Shown here: one piece after another, positions 25,531 through 37,550 of the stretch
How positions within the stretch are numbered: the stretch's first letter is position 1
Layout of the letters: each line of letters opens with the position of its first letter
Assembly (NCBI RefSeq): GCF_036321535.1
Contig: NC_087436.1
Span: forward strand, 95,544,001 to 95,608,000
DNA: 64,000 bases
Reading direction: 5' to 3'
Source of the DNA: Camelus dromedarius
Taxonomy: Eukaryota
Translations under genes and position numbers: made by a program
Notes under the pieces: generated by a model
Told to the model about the DNA's origin: nothing
Database searches by the model: none
What the model saw: only the letters and a program-made list of their open reading frames with translations

Positions 25531-27719
25531 GAAAATTTTAGCTTTCTCCCCCTGCCCCATGCTCCCATTACCACGAAATAATGTGTGAGCTACAGATATA
25601 TTTGTCTTTGTGGATACACAACATTCAAAATGCTAATGGGAAGGGAAGAGTACCAGAGGATGTGTGAGAAATGTGTATCTTTTTCTCAGTTGTCATCTAG
25701 TCTTATATTTAACTTTGAATAATTCCTTTTCTCTCTTTTATCGTATTCCTGCTGGACTTACATACAGCAGAGTTCCCAAAAGAAAATTTAAAAATGAATG
25801 TTGGGTTAAAATTTTATCCTCTTGCCTTACAGACCAGATGAGCGCCTGCGTATGTTACATATGTACTTGGGGTTCAAATTCAAACACCTCGGGCAACCAG
25901 AACTATTCTCTTACTGGGTAAGCGTACTGTATCATTATCTCACATTACCCCACGACCATACCCATCCAGGAATGGTGGAAAGGAATTCTGGCAAAAAACT
26001 CAAGAAAACTTTCCAGAAGCACGGGAAGAGATTTCTTAATTCAGCCTTGTCTTTTCAAAGCTTTTCCATGAACTACTGTGGTTTATCTGGATAGAATGTT
26101 CCATGCTGACAGTAGCAAGGTCCACTCAAGAGTTAAGTTTGGCCAGGTCAGAAGAGTGCTGGGGAGCAATCTGAGAGACTGAGGGGGGGTGGGCAGGCAG
26201 TGAGGGGGAACTGGGATCCTGCCCAGCTGTTCTCAGGGCCTTGAGAGACTTCCGATGACCTGACCTCCTCTCCTCCGGTCGCCTCTGCTTGTCCTGATGC
26301 CAGATGCCATGGGGCTGTTAGGATCACTGCTCTAAATGGAATGAAACAGTGGAACAAATCTTGGCTACTGATAGAACTTCCACCAAGTATCAATTCATTG
26401 TTGATGTGTGTTGAATCCTTAAAGAAAAAACCTTAATAAGCTTATGTTTAATATTGCCATCTGTTTGGAAATATTAGCTAGGAAAGCCTAGCTCTGAAGG
26501 ATTTAGATTACACATGTTTATTTCTTTTATTACTAACACATGTTTATATGTGTATATGTGTGCATTATTTAATAATTATATTTAGAACAAAATATTATTA
26601 TGTTATACTACCCTATATTATGCTCTGTTATGTGATGTTTTACTAAATAAAACCTTTAAGATGAAACTAATCGAGAATGCCCAAATAGTTTCCAAAAGAA
26701 AACATTTAAAATAACTCAACTCGGGACCCTGACAATGTACAAAAGCTCTGTGCCTTGCATCAAGCAAGTTCTACTGAAATATTTGTATTGAACTGAAAAG
26801 GGTGCTGGAAAAAGGAGCAGGGAGCCATGGCACTGTGCAGACTGGCCATCCAGCTATAGAGTTGGGGGAAGACGGTTACTTTCCACCTTAGAGCCTCTGT
26901 AAAATGAGACCATTGTAAAAAGAGGGCCTCAAAGTCCTCATCCAGCACTTTGACACAGAGCTGCTGGGCTGAGCTCCTGGGCATCCATGCATCACCCACA
27001 GTGGTTACTAAAGAAAGGAACTCCAGGACCAACACTCTTGACTCTGCCTCCATTCCACATCTCTAAGCACGTGCTGTGATGACGCAAGAGTGTGTGCCCA
27101 TGACTTTAGGCAAACACACATTCCAAGGGCTAATAATAGTGAGACACAAGGGAGGGACAGGAACCAGAGAGAAAAAGATGGTTCTGGGGTTGTGGGCAGG
27201 GTCAAACATCTCAGAATACAAACACAGCACTGAGAGAGGCTGTCCTGGTCCTCCCTCCCCGTAGCCAGGTCAGAAAGAGCATCGCCCAGGACAGACCCTA
27301 ACTCTGTCATCCCTTAGCAAGGACAACTATAATCTGCTCTCACTAACAGTAACCAATTCCTTTTATCTTCCACAATTTGGGGTTGGGTCAGGATAAGAAC
27401 AGCCACCAGAGTTCAGAACTGGCCCTAAAAACTCCAACAGCAAAATGCATCTAGGCTTATAATGGCTTATCGCAGTAGAATTATTCCTCTGATGAACGTG
27501 TATCTTTTTATTGCCAGGAAGGTGATGGGACTAGAGGACATAGTGGAGGATATGAAGAGGATATAGCCCCTGCCCCCAAGGATATCCACACTCAGTGCAC
27601 AGGGTCTTGTGCATAACCATTAACTGGCTCCTCAGTTCTATGGGATTTACCACGTGTAGAGTCATCAGAGACACGATGTAGTACCTATAGTGATGTTTTT
27701 TCATATCCATATCTTAGCT

Positions 27720-28345
27720 CCTGGGCCAGTTATTAAGTAATTACCTTTCCATTGGAAGCCCACCCTTCCCTACTCTGTCTTGTTTTGCTGCAGCCGAGTT
27801 CCCGCAAACTGCTGTTCTGCACTGTCAGCTGGCCCCATGTTAATTTCTGCCACCGTAGCTGCGAGGCAGAGGGGAAGACACTTGCTTCTTCCTGTCTGCT
27901 TCCTGGTCCTCCAGGTGTCCCCCCAGCCACGCTTCTTCATTCCAGCATTGATAGTTCCTTCCCTTGGCAGTAGCTGAAGCCAGTTTGCAGTTTCCCATAC
28001 GCTTAGAACCTGCTTTGCAGAGTCACCCTCCAAGATACCGGCTGGCACCAGGCTTCTTAGAGTCTGGGCCTACATGCCTTTGAGCTCAGAGGTACCAGCG
28101 CCAAGCAAGTAGCATCCACTCCTCAGGGGCCTGAGTTGCAGTTCCACAGGGCCTGTCCTTTCAATTTCTAAGTTTTAATAATGCAACCCCTTCCCTTGTT
28201 TCCTCAGCCCGGGGGTGGTAGCTACGTCTTGCAGCTGCTACCTGCACGATACCGTAAGACTTCCCTTTTCATCTTTCAATTACCTGTGAACAGCTTCAAA
28301 GAAGGGATCTGGTTTCTTCTCCTGATAGGACTCTGAAGGATAAGC
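27720..28345 (+). mobile_element. ERVL LTR (LTR41/LTR33 group)
   Basis: GGGGGTGGTAGCTACGTCTTGCAGCTGCTACCT...TTCCCTTTT...GGTTTCTTCTCCTGATAGGACTCTGA. Confidence 0.65.
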
Positions 28346-28424
28346 CTCCCTGGATAAATTGGGAGGCAGGAGAGAGTGGTGGGAACACTGGTGGGTCCCC
28401 ACCACTGGGGACTGAGGGTAGAGA

Positions 28425-28730
28425 TCCTTGGGAGTTCTGGAGTCACCCAGACATGGATTTGAATTCTAGATCTTGTAAACTTTGAACAGCTACCTCACTC
28501 CTTCCAGCCTTGATTTGCTGGTAACAAAGATGGGGTTTCCACCTGTCATGAGGTAGCTGGAGCACTTGGCACAAATGACCTGCTCAGTGACAGCAGCCAT
28601 TATGATTACTGGATTGTTCGCTTCTAAGGCCAAAGCCAGGGTCCTGTATATCTTATCATTCCCAGCAGGATGTGTCATAAATCCATGTATATGATATATG
28701 CTTAATAAGGAACTGCTGAATGAAAAAAGT
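28425..28730 (+). mobile_element. MIR followed by an L2 3' tail
   Basis: CAGACATGGATTTGAATTCTAG (MIR); GCCAGGGTCCTGTATATCTTATC...ATGCTTAATAA...GCTGAATGAA (L2 end). Confidence 0.6.
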
Positions 28731-29917
28731 ACTTAAAATATCTGTGGCTCAGTAAAGTAATTGACTTTCACAGATCTAACACGAAACCCTTTCTGGTGGT
28801 CAGGTTTTGTCTTGGAGTTATGGTTTAAAATATCTTTTTAAATTGCTGTTTTGAAATGAGGAATAATGAGTTGACTTGGATGATAGGAAAAGAAAATCCA
28901 TGTCATTCATCCTTGCACCAGCCTGGCAAAGCTTCTTAGAGACTGGATAAGAGGATGTTGGCATGTACCGTATCTTCCAAAAAGAAGCCAGATTTGGCTG
29001 CCCAGTGACACATTTGTGGCTCTTTCCAGCTACACAGCAGACACGGGTTTTGTTTTTTGTTTCATGTCACACTTCATGAAGAGAAGAGATTTTGACAGCT
29101 CTTAGACAATCGATGATATCTCCCCTGAGTGTTGAATTCAAGACTCTCATGTAAACCCTGAAAACGAACAAGGTCTCAAAGGAGTGTTTGGGGCCTTCAC
29201 AAGTCAGGGTGGATAAAAGTCCTTCCAACACGGAGGAGAGAACAAAGCATCCATTCTTTTCAGCACAACAGATAGATAGACACCCAATCTGGGTAACGGC
29301 TGTGTACACAGGAGAAGGAGGAAGTCAGCAGTGCTTTCTTGTTGCACATTTAGGGTTACGTGGGGCTGGGTCTGATAAAGGTATTTGCCTCTAAATCTGG
29401 AAAGTGTATGGTCCCGGCCAAGACTTCCCCGGTCCCAAAGGCCTGAATAAGGATGTGGAAGACCTCAGTTCATTCCAGAACGTTGCCTAAAATTTCTACA
29501 AAGAGAAAAACAGCTGCACAAGATCTTAAATCATTTCTCAAACAAATCATAAATCTTAGCTAGCTGGGGTGGCAGCGGAGGGCAGGTTGGAGAGAACTGG
29601 AGCCCACCATCATCCCGGATGGCTTTCCTAGCCTCCAAGTAGCTGTTGATCTCTTTGTAGAAGAGTGTGACACCTAAACACAGGAAAAGAGACTGCAGTG
29701 CCCAGGAGGAACTAGGGAACTAATCATTCTGTTTCCAGAAGATTTTTCTTGTCTCCATACCTACTTATTTTGGGGGCCCAGGGCCATGTCCTCCAAGGAG
29801 CCTTTTTGGCACATGCTCGCTTCTCCTAGAGCAGGTGCAGAGGGCCTGCTGGGCATCACAGCGAACACAGAGTCCATCTGGACTGTGTGCAGGCACTGTG
29901 TCTGCTTTCCTAGAGCA

Positions 29918-30190
29918 ACACACACACACACACACACACAGGGTGTGAGTGAGAGATTGACAGGGAGGAGGGAGGGAGGCAGGAAAGGAAGGAACAGAAA
30001 GGAAGGAAGGAAGGAAGGAAGGAGGAAAGAAAGAAAGGAAGAAAAAAAGAGGAAGGAAGGAGAGAGGGAGGGAGGGAGGAGGGGAGGACAGGAGAAGGAG
30101 AAAGAGAAAGATGGCAGATGGGAGAAAGGAAGAAAGGAAGAGAGAAAGAGAGAATCTGAGACAGAGAGAGAGAATTCAGGAAAAAAAAAA
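29918..30190. repeat. (AC)n (29918-29940) plus a ~230-bp GA-rich polypurine tract (GGAA/GGGA/GAGA) ending in an A run
   Basis: Read directly. Confidence 0.95.
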
Positions 30191-30254
30191 AGCGCTCTCA
30201 GTCTGTGTGAGAACCAGCTTTTTGCAGAGATCATTGCCACTACATGGACAAAGA

Positions 30255-30760
30255 TTATCTTTTCTCTGGTTAATCATTGCCCAGGTTGGAGGCAGAGTGC
30301 CTGAACCAATTGCAGAGAGCACCTGGGGAAATAAGTCTGGGCACCTGAGAGGGAAAAGGCTCTGACTGCGTCTTGGACACTCATTAAGCTGAGGTGCGGT
30401 GGCCATCTTTGCTTTGCTAATCTGCTGCAAGCTAGAGGGTTCCCCTTGACCTGGACACAGGGCTGGTGGTGGTCCACTATGACCCTCAGTTTATAAAAGG
30501 TAGAGACAGCAGCTTTCTGTGAACCGGGGCCAGGACAGAGAGGCGGTGGGGGAAGGCCCAGATACCAGCCCAGATCAAAGCCAAATATCTCGTCAAGCTA
30601 GAGGAAACATCTAGCTAATGGATATGCCTCAGGCAAATTCAAGGACAACTGGTTGAAGGCCAGGCAAGGCGCAGAGGCCCGTGTGCCCTTTCAGCTGAGC
30701 CTGCCGTCCCCTGTGCTGGCCCGGCCCCGCCAGTCCTCCGGTGGCCATTAGTTATCTCAG
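30255..30760 (+). promoter_or_regulatory. Candidate tissue-specific promoter/enhancer
   Basis: Non-repeat sequence with GATA (TTATCT 30255), HNF1-like GGTTAATCATTGCC (30268-30281), TGACCT half-site, TATAAAAG (30492-30499) and TCF/LEF AGATCAAAG (30572-30580). Confidence 0.4.
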
Positions 30761-30999
30761 GACACTCAATCTGTGTCAGCCACACTCAGCCAGGCCCAGC
30801 CATTTCGTTACCTTGTGGTTTCTTTTTCTCCTTGGTTTCCTAGCCACACTTATTTTGAAAACTATTAACTCTTTCTCAACTGAATTAAGGTGTAAAGGGT
30901 GTGCTTACATCTCAGCTGGGAAAAAATTAAGAGAGGGAAAAAAAAAGCACTCCCAGCCTGGGCAGGAGTGAAATGTACGATCAATTTCTCCATTCTCTG

Positions 31000-31185
31000 T
31001 CGGGGTCAGACAGGCTTGGGTGTTCACTGAATGCTGTTCAGTCCCAACTTCTCCCTTAATGGCTGTGTGGCCGTAAACAAGTTAACCTCTGGGAGCCTTG
31101 ATTTTTCTCATCTGTAAGATGAGGATAAGACTCATATCCACCTCACAAGACTGTGTGATAATAAAGATCAAATAAGTTAACAGGA
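31000..31185 (+). mobile_element. MIR SINE
   Basis: TGGCTGTGTGGCC...AACAAGTTAACCTCT...TTTCTCATCTGTAAGATGAGGATAA. Confidence 0.8.
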
Positions 31186-31186
31186 C

Positions 31187-31665
31187 TGTGGCAGAGGCCT
31201 GCTACATGTCTGCCAATATATCTATTCCCTCTATTTTTTTCTAGTAATGGATTTTCACCAAAGCACACATCTGTCTGAAGTAAGGACTACATCTCTGAGT
31301 GTCCCTGAAGTTAGTTGTTCCATTTGACTGAATCCTGGCCAATGAGTTACACATCAAGATGTAGTGGTCAACTTCTAGGTCCTTCAACTGAAAAAGAAAT
31401 GCCTCCTTATCCTCTTCTTTTTCTTGCTGGTTAGAATGTGGAAGTGATGGCTAGAGCTCAAGCAGCCCTTGTGGTCCAGGAGGCAGTGCCCTAACAGTGG
31501 TAGAGGAACAAGAAGAAAGAAGCCTGGATTCCTGGGAAGTATGAGGGAGCTGCCCTTAAATGCCTGTCTTGGGATTCATCAGGAGAGGAATGACCTAACT
31601 TTTGGAAAAAATCCATTTTGAGGGAGTCTTCAGTCACTAACTATTAAACAAAAATCTAACTAGGA
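31187..31665 (+). mobile_element. MaLR LTR (MLT1J-like)
   Basis: TGTGGCAGAG start; AAGGACTACATCTC; GAATGTGGAAGTGATGGCTAGAGCTCAAGCAGCC; AAGCCTGGATTCCTG. Confidence 0.8.
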
Positions 31666-31994
31666 CTATGGTGTTTAGTATGGTGTAGGTAAAATTTTAT
31701 GGTCATTTTTCTGCTTTTTAAGAAATACATATCAAAAATCTAAAAAATACAGACATAAAGCAGATGGACCAAGAGGGCCAAAGAGGGAGTATTGGACCAC
31801 CGTTTCCTGGCCTTGACAGCACTCCCAAGGCCATGTGAATGGGACAAGAAATACAGCTTTGCCAGGCAGAAACTGTGGGCCACTAGCATGGGAGGGAGCA
31901 CCCAGCCTCCTGGCCTGACTTTATTCTCCCTGCTAAGCCTCTCCTGCAAGCAGCGACATGGTCTAGAGAAGGGAGAAAAGGATGAAAAAGCCCC

Positions 31995-32230
31995 GTGAAC
32001 CACACAAGCTTTGGACATCAGGAGACTTGGGTTTTCCCCCTGGCTCCTCCATTCACTCGCTGTGTGACTTTGGGCTGGTTACAATCCTCTCTGAGCCCCT
32101 GTCTCCTCATATTAAAATGGGACATGGGATAACACCAACTCCTCGGTGTTATTGCAAGACTTAAACAAGATGTCAATCAAGGTCTGAACACAGTGCCTGA
32201 AGCATTAAAAGTATTTGGTAAATGTTTAGA
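31995..32230 (+). mobile_element. MIR SINE
   Basis: CTCGCTGTGTGACTTTGGGC...CTCTCTGAGCC...AAAATGGG...ACACAGTGCCTG. Confidence 0.85.
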
Positions 32231-33329
32231 AATGAAACCTGACCTTCATCTCTTACTATTCCCAATCCTGGCCCCAGGCTTCATCCAGAGCCATTTACTA
32301 ACTGTCCCCAGCAGGGACCTTCTCTTCCCAGCGCTGCGTCTTTTGCTCACTCCGTCTCTACCTAGAACTCCATTGCTTCTTTCTGTTTCTCCTTATCTTT
32401 CACAGATCTTCAGGGCAGCTTTAAACCTTCCTGGGCTTCCAGCCCTGGGCGATGTCTCTCCCTCTCCTCTGACTGGTGCCAGTATCTGATGCCCAACCCA
32501 CTCATTAACATTTACTGCCTTGTATTGACATTTAATTTTGAAGTGCGTGTTTCTTCTGGCCAGCTGCACTGTACTGTTCGCTCTGCAAGGGTGTGGCTCA
32601 CGCCTTTCCCACCTTGTATCCTCTCAACCCTTAACTCAATGAATACTTGCTGAACAAGGAAACCAAACCCAATTATCCAGAGCTCTCCTGCTGATTTCTT
32701 TTTTGGAATCCTTTTTGAATCCATGTGCCTATTGCTCATCTATGTTCCTCAGAGTTCAAAGCTCTTGGATGGTGGTGCCTTCCTGTGGTGTCATCAGGGG
32801 CTCAGCTACCTTTGCACTGAAGCATCCAACCTAGGTCCAGATTACTTGGCTGACTGTGGTCAGTCTTGGGGAATAAGGGGAAAAGGAAAGAGAGGACTCC
32901 CTTTAGGAAAAATCCATTACTCCAACCAAGAAAAACAATTAAAAAATGTTTTAGCGGTGATAAGTTGACACTACTCTTTGGAATTTGGGACCATATCAAG
33001 TGTGTCCAATTTTGAAAGAGGAGTATTGCAACGTAAGCCAACACTATGATTTTGAATATGATGATGCGTTTGTCTTCTTAAACAGATACGTTGGACTTGT
33101 TTTATGTGCTTGGGCATAATTTGCATGCTGTCCCCAGTGCCTCAAGGACATGAACAGAACAGCAACCACAACAGCACTGATCTGGTAGCTTTAGGATGGG
33201 TGTGCTCCACGAGGACAGGAGGCCCTGCCTTCCTCCAAGCAAGCTAGAAAGGCCCACGAGACCGTGAGGTCATTCCAGCTGCACAGTGGGTCAGAAATAT
33301 TACCATAGGAATTCTGGTGCCACGACTAT

Positions 33330-33517
33330 CACTTTTTAGGTAATTAAAGACTCATTAGGGTTGCTTACTAACAACGTAAATTAACCCAGCCCCCTACCCC
33401 TACCTCTCATTGACTCAGCAGGTCCGTGGTAGGACTCAGGAATCTGCATTTCTACCAAAACTTCAAGTGCTTGTGATGCAGCGGGTGGTACGTGAACCAC
33501 ACTTTGAGAAACATGGC
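33330..33517. mobile_element. MER5A-like hAT-Charlie MITE
   Basis: CAGGAATCTGCATTTCTAC...GATGCAGC...ACCACACTTTGAGAAACATG. Confidence 0.85.
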
Positions 33518-34099
33518 TTTAAAGGAAAGGCGTGTCCCTGTTAGCAGGAGCCACTACTGCCTTCCCTTTTTCCTCCTTAGCTGTGGCAATAATAAAGCAA
33601 TAATAAGTTGGTAATCTGAGTTAAAATGTAGACAGAGCAGTAATTTGAGTGTAATTTTGGACTAGAGAGTCTCCAATCTGGAGATGTGGGTGGCAGGCTC
33701 TGCCAAGAGACCCTGCACGGAAGGGTAGGTCAAAGTGTTTTTGGGGGGCTTAGGGGTAGGTCCTGGAAGTGCTCCCCAGCTGTGGATGAGAGAAGTACAT
33801 TGGCCACCGGCTGTTCTGAGAGAGTGACTCATCGGCCTATGTGGCAGTAACCACTGGCTGGTGGAATGACTCCCTTGGCCGTGGGGGGCGGTGGGGGAGG
33901 CAATGGCTGTGGTTGGAGAGAGCAGTGCATTCCAGAAGAGAACCAGACCTCCTGCAAGGATGCCGATCTGTGCTGTCAGTCACCTTGGCAGTGATGAAGG
34001 AGGGAGAGGGAGGGGCAGATGAGTGGTGTCAGCAAGACGGCAGAGGCACCATTTAGCCATTGGTATTAAAAGCCCTGTGTTCACCATTCCCAGACTCAT

Positions 34100-34785
34100 C
34101 CTGCCTCCTCCTCTTCCCCACCCCTAAATCCAATGATTAAATCTGGTTGATTCTATGCTTTAATGTCTTCTAGGTACCCCTCTACCACTACCTTTGTTTC
34201 ACCACTGTTGCATACCGTACATCTTTCTGCTTATTTCCAACACCGTGACCCGAGCTCAAGTCTCCATCATCTCTCACGTGAATTCAGTAGACTCTTAACC
34301 AGTTGTCTTTGCTTCATGTCTCTTACCTCTAATCCATCCTTCCTACAGCCACCAATGTGTTCTCTCCAAATATGAATATCCAAGCATGCCATTCCCTTAC
34401 TTAAAATCCACAGCTAACCACGGCTCACTGGTTCTTGAACTTCATTTTGCCTTAGAATCACCTGGGGGCGTGTTAAAACACAGCACGGGACCCTAGCTGG
34501 AATGTTCTTCACTCTTCCACATTTTCCTCCTTTATTCACTGAATCCCTGACCCTCGCATCTCCACCTCCCCCACCAGCATCTTATCATCAACACACATTG
34601 AATGCATCCTGTTGAATCCTCACAGAAAAATGATGTGGGTCCCACTATTCTTCCCATCTTATATAGATGTTGAAACTGGGCTCAGATAGGTTCAGAAACT
34701 TGCCCTAGCCACACAGCTAAAAATAATAAAGCCACGATTCAGTCCTAGTGGCCTGTACCCAGTGCCTGGGCTCTTGACCCCTGTA
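34100..34785. mobile_element. L2 fragment (+) with a MER5 fragment, followed by MIR (-)
   Basis: CATGCCATTCCCTTACTTAAAATCC (L2); TTAGAATCACCTGGGG (MER5); ATAGATGTTGAAACTGGGCTCAGA (MIR). Confidence 0.7.
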
Positions 34786-36396
34786 AGTACAAACTCATTC
34801 AGATGGAATGAAGCCTTTCTTCCTCAATGCTGTCAGTATTAACACTCTTCCTGTCACTTCCTGATGTAAACCCACATACAACAGAACATAAGGTCTTGCT
34901 TACCAGACTGAGTTCTTTGAGGCTGGGTCTTCACCTCTGCTTCCTATGCCTAGCACAGAGAGGGAACCCCATCCTGGGGGGATAAATAAATGAATTACTT
35001 GCACCAGAGTATTGGCCAACGTAAAGTAAAACTTTTGATGGGTCATGAGAAATAAATACTCCAGAAGATTACTTAATTCCTTATAATATACCAACTCAAC
35101 ACACAGGGATCATTTTATGTTGGGAATACATAGGTATTACTCTATATTAGAGGAAACCCTGAGAAAAATGAAAATCCAAAAAACATGACAGGCATCAACT
35201 CACCGTTTTGACTATTTTCATCTTGGTTCTCCTGATTACATCTTTTAGACTTATTCACAGTGAATGGAGGGCTCCCCCGGAACAGCATGGAGGCAGAGAT
35301 ATCTGCACAGTAGTTTTACAACAAATTTGGTTAAGTCTTTTCTACTGGTCTAGAAAAGTACCAATTTTTTTTTTAAGTCAACATTTTAAACCAAAAAAAA
35401 AAAAAAAAATTTCAGGGGCATGTGTATGAGAGTAAAATTTCATGTGTATTTGGAACCAAGGCCAAAACAATGTTTTCTGTAAATAAGCACCATTAACAAG
35501 AGAATATCAATTATCTTCTGCATATAAATCCAAAGTATAAGCAAACATCAACTTTCTGCTTCTCTCTTTTACTAGGAAGGGGATTGTTGCCAGCTAACCC
35601 TCAAGGTATCTCTTCCCTTCTATCACTTTTTCCCCCCCAGGTTAAGAGATTAGTTATGATGGAGAAGGGAAAAAAATGAGTGAACACTTTACCCTGGAGT
35701 AAAAGTGACCTGTCAGGGCTCAGTTCCTCCAGAACCACCCAGGCCTCAGAACTCCTCCCCAGTCTCACTCTGGGCACAGGGCCACATGGTGCCAGAGATA
35801 CTGCTTCTTTTCCATCTGATTTCAAGGCCTTTGTCAAAATGCACCATAAGGTAACAGACTATGTCAATGGGAATGACTCCTCAAAAGCGCGGGAAGGCCA
35901 AGCATCCACCTGCTGTGTTTTGGAAGGTGGAGATACAGTAAAAAAAAAAAAAGAAAAGCCACATCTCTCCCCTCCTGCCGTGTACCTTCTAATTCTTTGC
36001 TACCAACTGCACACATTCCTGTCCTCTCAGGCAGGTTTTGGACCCAGGATAGCTCATTTTCTGGGCCTCTGTGTCTTCACCCCCCACATAGAGGCAAAGC
36101 TTCCAGGGCCTTCTCTGACCTGCAGAGGCCCAGAGCCTTCGGCCCCTCCTCAGTGGCAATGTGGAAGCTTTTCTTTCTTTTGACCCAGCGGGCAGAGAGG
36201 TGACCTAGTCCTACAACTCCCCGAGGCTGGTTGTTCCCACCCGATGAGTCTGTAAGCACAGATCTTTGCAGAGAAGGCTGCAGTTGCAAGCATTCAGTCA
36301 GCAGAAAGAAAAAAACTTTTCCAACCCAGGCCTGTTAAGGACATGGTCTCAGACATTTCCTGCCTGAGCGGAGCCGCTTCCCTCTTCTTGCGCACA

Positions 36397-36412
36397 TGCT
36401 CCCCCTACCGCC
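36397..36412 (-). promoter_or_regulatory. Candidate CTCF site
   Basis: Minus strand GGCGGTAGGGGGAGCA resembles the CTCF core CCASYAGRKGGCRS, within a local CpG-enriched patch. Confidence 0.35.
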
Positions 36413-36684
36413 TGATGCTGACAAGGCGCCCCTGGCTAGGGAGACCTTGGGCCGCCCCAGCCTGGGCCTGGAAGAGCCTTGTCGTAAGACTGCAGAGAAA
36501 TTGCCAAAAAATGAAACGGTAGATCCTTCCACTGCTCCAGTGAAGGGCCCTCGCTAAGTCTTGTCTTTACATTTCAGGAATAAACTCTGTAATAAAGACA
36601 GAATAAATAAATCCTCCCTGAATAGAATTTTGCCAAATAAATTAAATTTAGGCTTCCCCCTCTACGAGCTAAGTAAATGGAAAG

Positions 36685-36905
36685 AGCTTCGGATTTGGAC
36701 TCAGAATCGGAGACTGATTCAGGTTTCACTTTCTTGTCTGATGAGTGATCTTGGACACTGTAACCGTTTTAAGCCTCAGTTTCTTTACCTGTAATTTGGG
36801 CGTGATAATATGGCCCACCTCCAGTGTTGTTGTGGAGAGTAAATGAAGGCATGTGTATGTGTGAGAAAGAGCCTTTTAACACAAAAATTTAATATGAGTC
36901 GTTTT
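36685..36905 (+). mobile_element. MIR SINE
   Basis: TTTAAGCCTCAGTTTCTTTACCTGTAATTTGGG...ATAAT. Confidence 0.8.
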
Positions 36906-36926
36906 TATTTTTTTCCCTTCCAATCC

Positions 36927-37088
36927 AACACACACACACACACACACACACCCCTCCCTCGTCCATACAACTGAGTAGAAAGGGTGATGGAGTCAACTCA
37001 AACCCCTAAAAAGGAAGTAGTGTAAGGAAGCTCAGTCACAAACAGGAAGTAACAAAAATGCCACCAGAAAAACTGGCTCAGGCAAAAG

Positions 37089-37128
<40 letters not shown>
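36927..37128. promoter_or_regulatory. ETS/ARE motif cluster flanked by two (CA)n microsatellites
   Basis: AAGGAAGT 37011, AAGGAAG 37024, ACAGGAAGT 37042; GCTCAGTCAC (reverse GTGACTGAGC, ARE core) 37030-37039; (CA)n at ~36927-36951 and ~37092-37128. Confidence 0.5.
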
Positions 37129-37130
<2 letters not shown>

Positions 37131-37274
37131 CTAGGTTCCATTTCTAAAGATCAAGTTAGATTTAGTTCATGATTTGGGGTGCTGCCAGCCTGGCTCGACC
37201 CCCTAAATTAGGGGGTTTTCAGAGATGATTAGGTAATTCTTCTGACCTAGATTTGACCTCACAGATGGGAATTC

Positions 37275-37550
37275 TCCCCGGGCATTTGCGGCTCTCTGCA
37301 GTTGGTCGGTTCCTGCCTTTTGAAATGTAGGTCTCGCCTCCTTTCCCCCTGCGGCCATGGGCGGGGCCACGGGGGCGGGGCGCCGAGGAGCCGGGGCCCC
37401 GCCCCCCGCGCGCGGGGCGCCGCCCTGCGCGGTTCTCAGGTTACGCCTCCCTTCCTGGCTTCACAGGCTTGCCACATTGTAGGTTGGCTTCTGCAGGGAA
37501 TGTAAGAAAGCACGCGGTGCCGGCCGCACAAAGAAGTTTTACAGCGCTGG
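37275..37550. promoter_or_regulatory. Small CpG island with three GC boxes
   Basis: GGGCGGGGC 37359, GGGGCGGGGC 37372, CCCCGCCCCC 37397, and CGCGCGCG; the only dense CpG cluster in the window. Confidence 0.75.

Noticed and set aside
29761..30365. 172-aa K/E/R/G-rich ORF and its antisense ORF
   Set aside because: Produced by the GA-rich low-complexity tract; no domain features
35680..36183. 167-aa ORF in largely unique sequence
   Set aside because: Non-ATG start, passes through an A-run, and has no recognisable family similarity; consistent with a chance ORF
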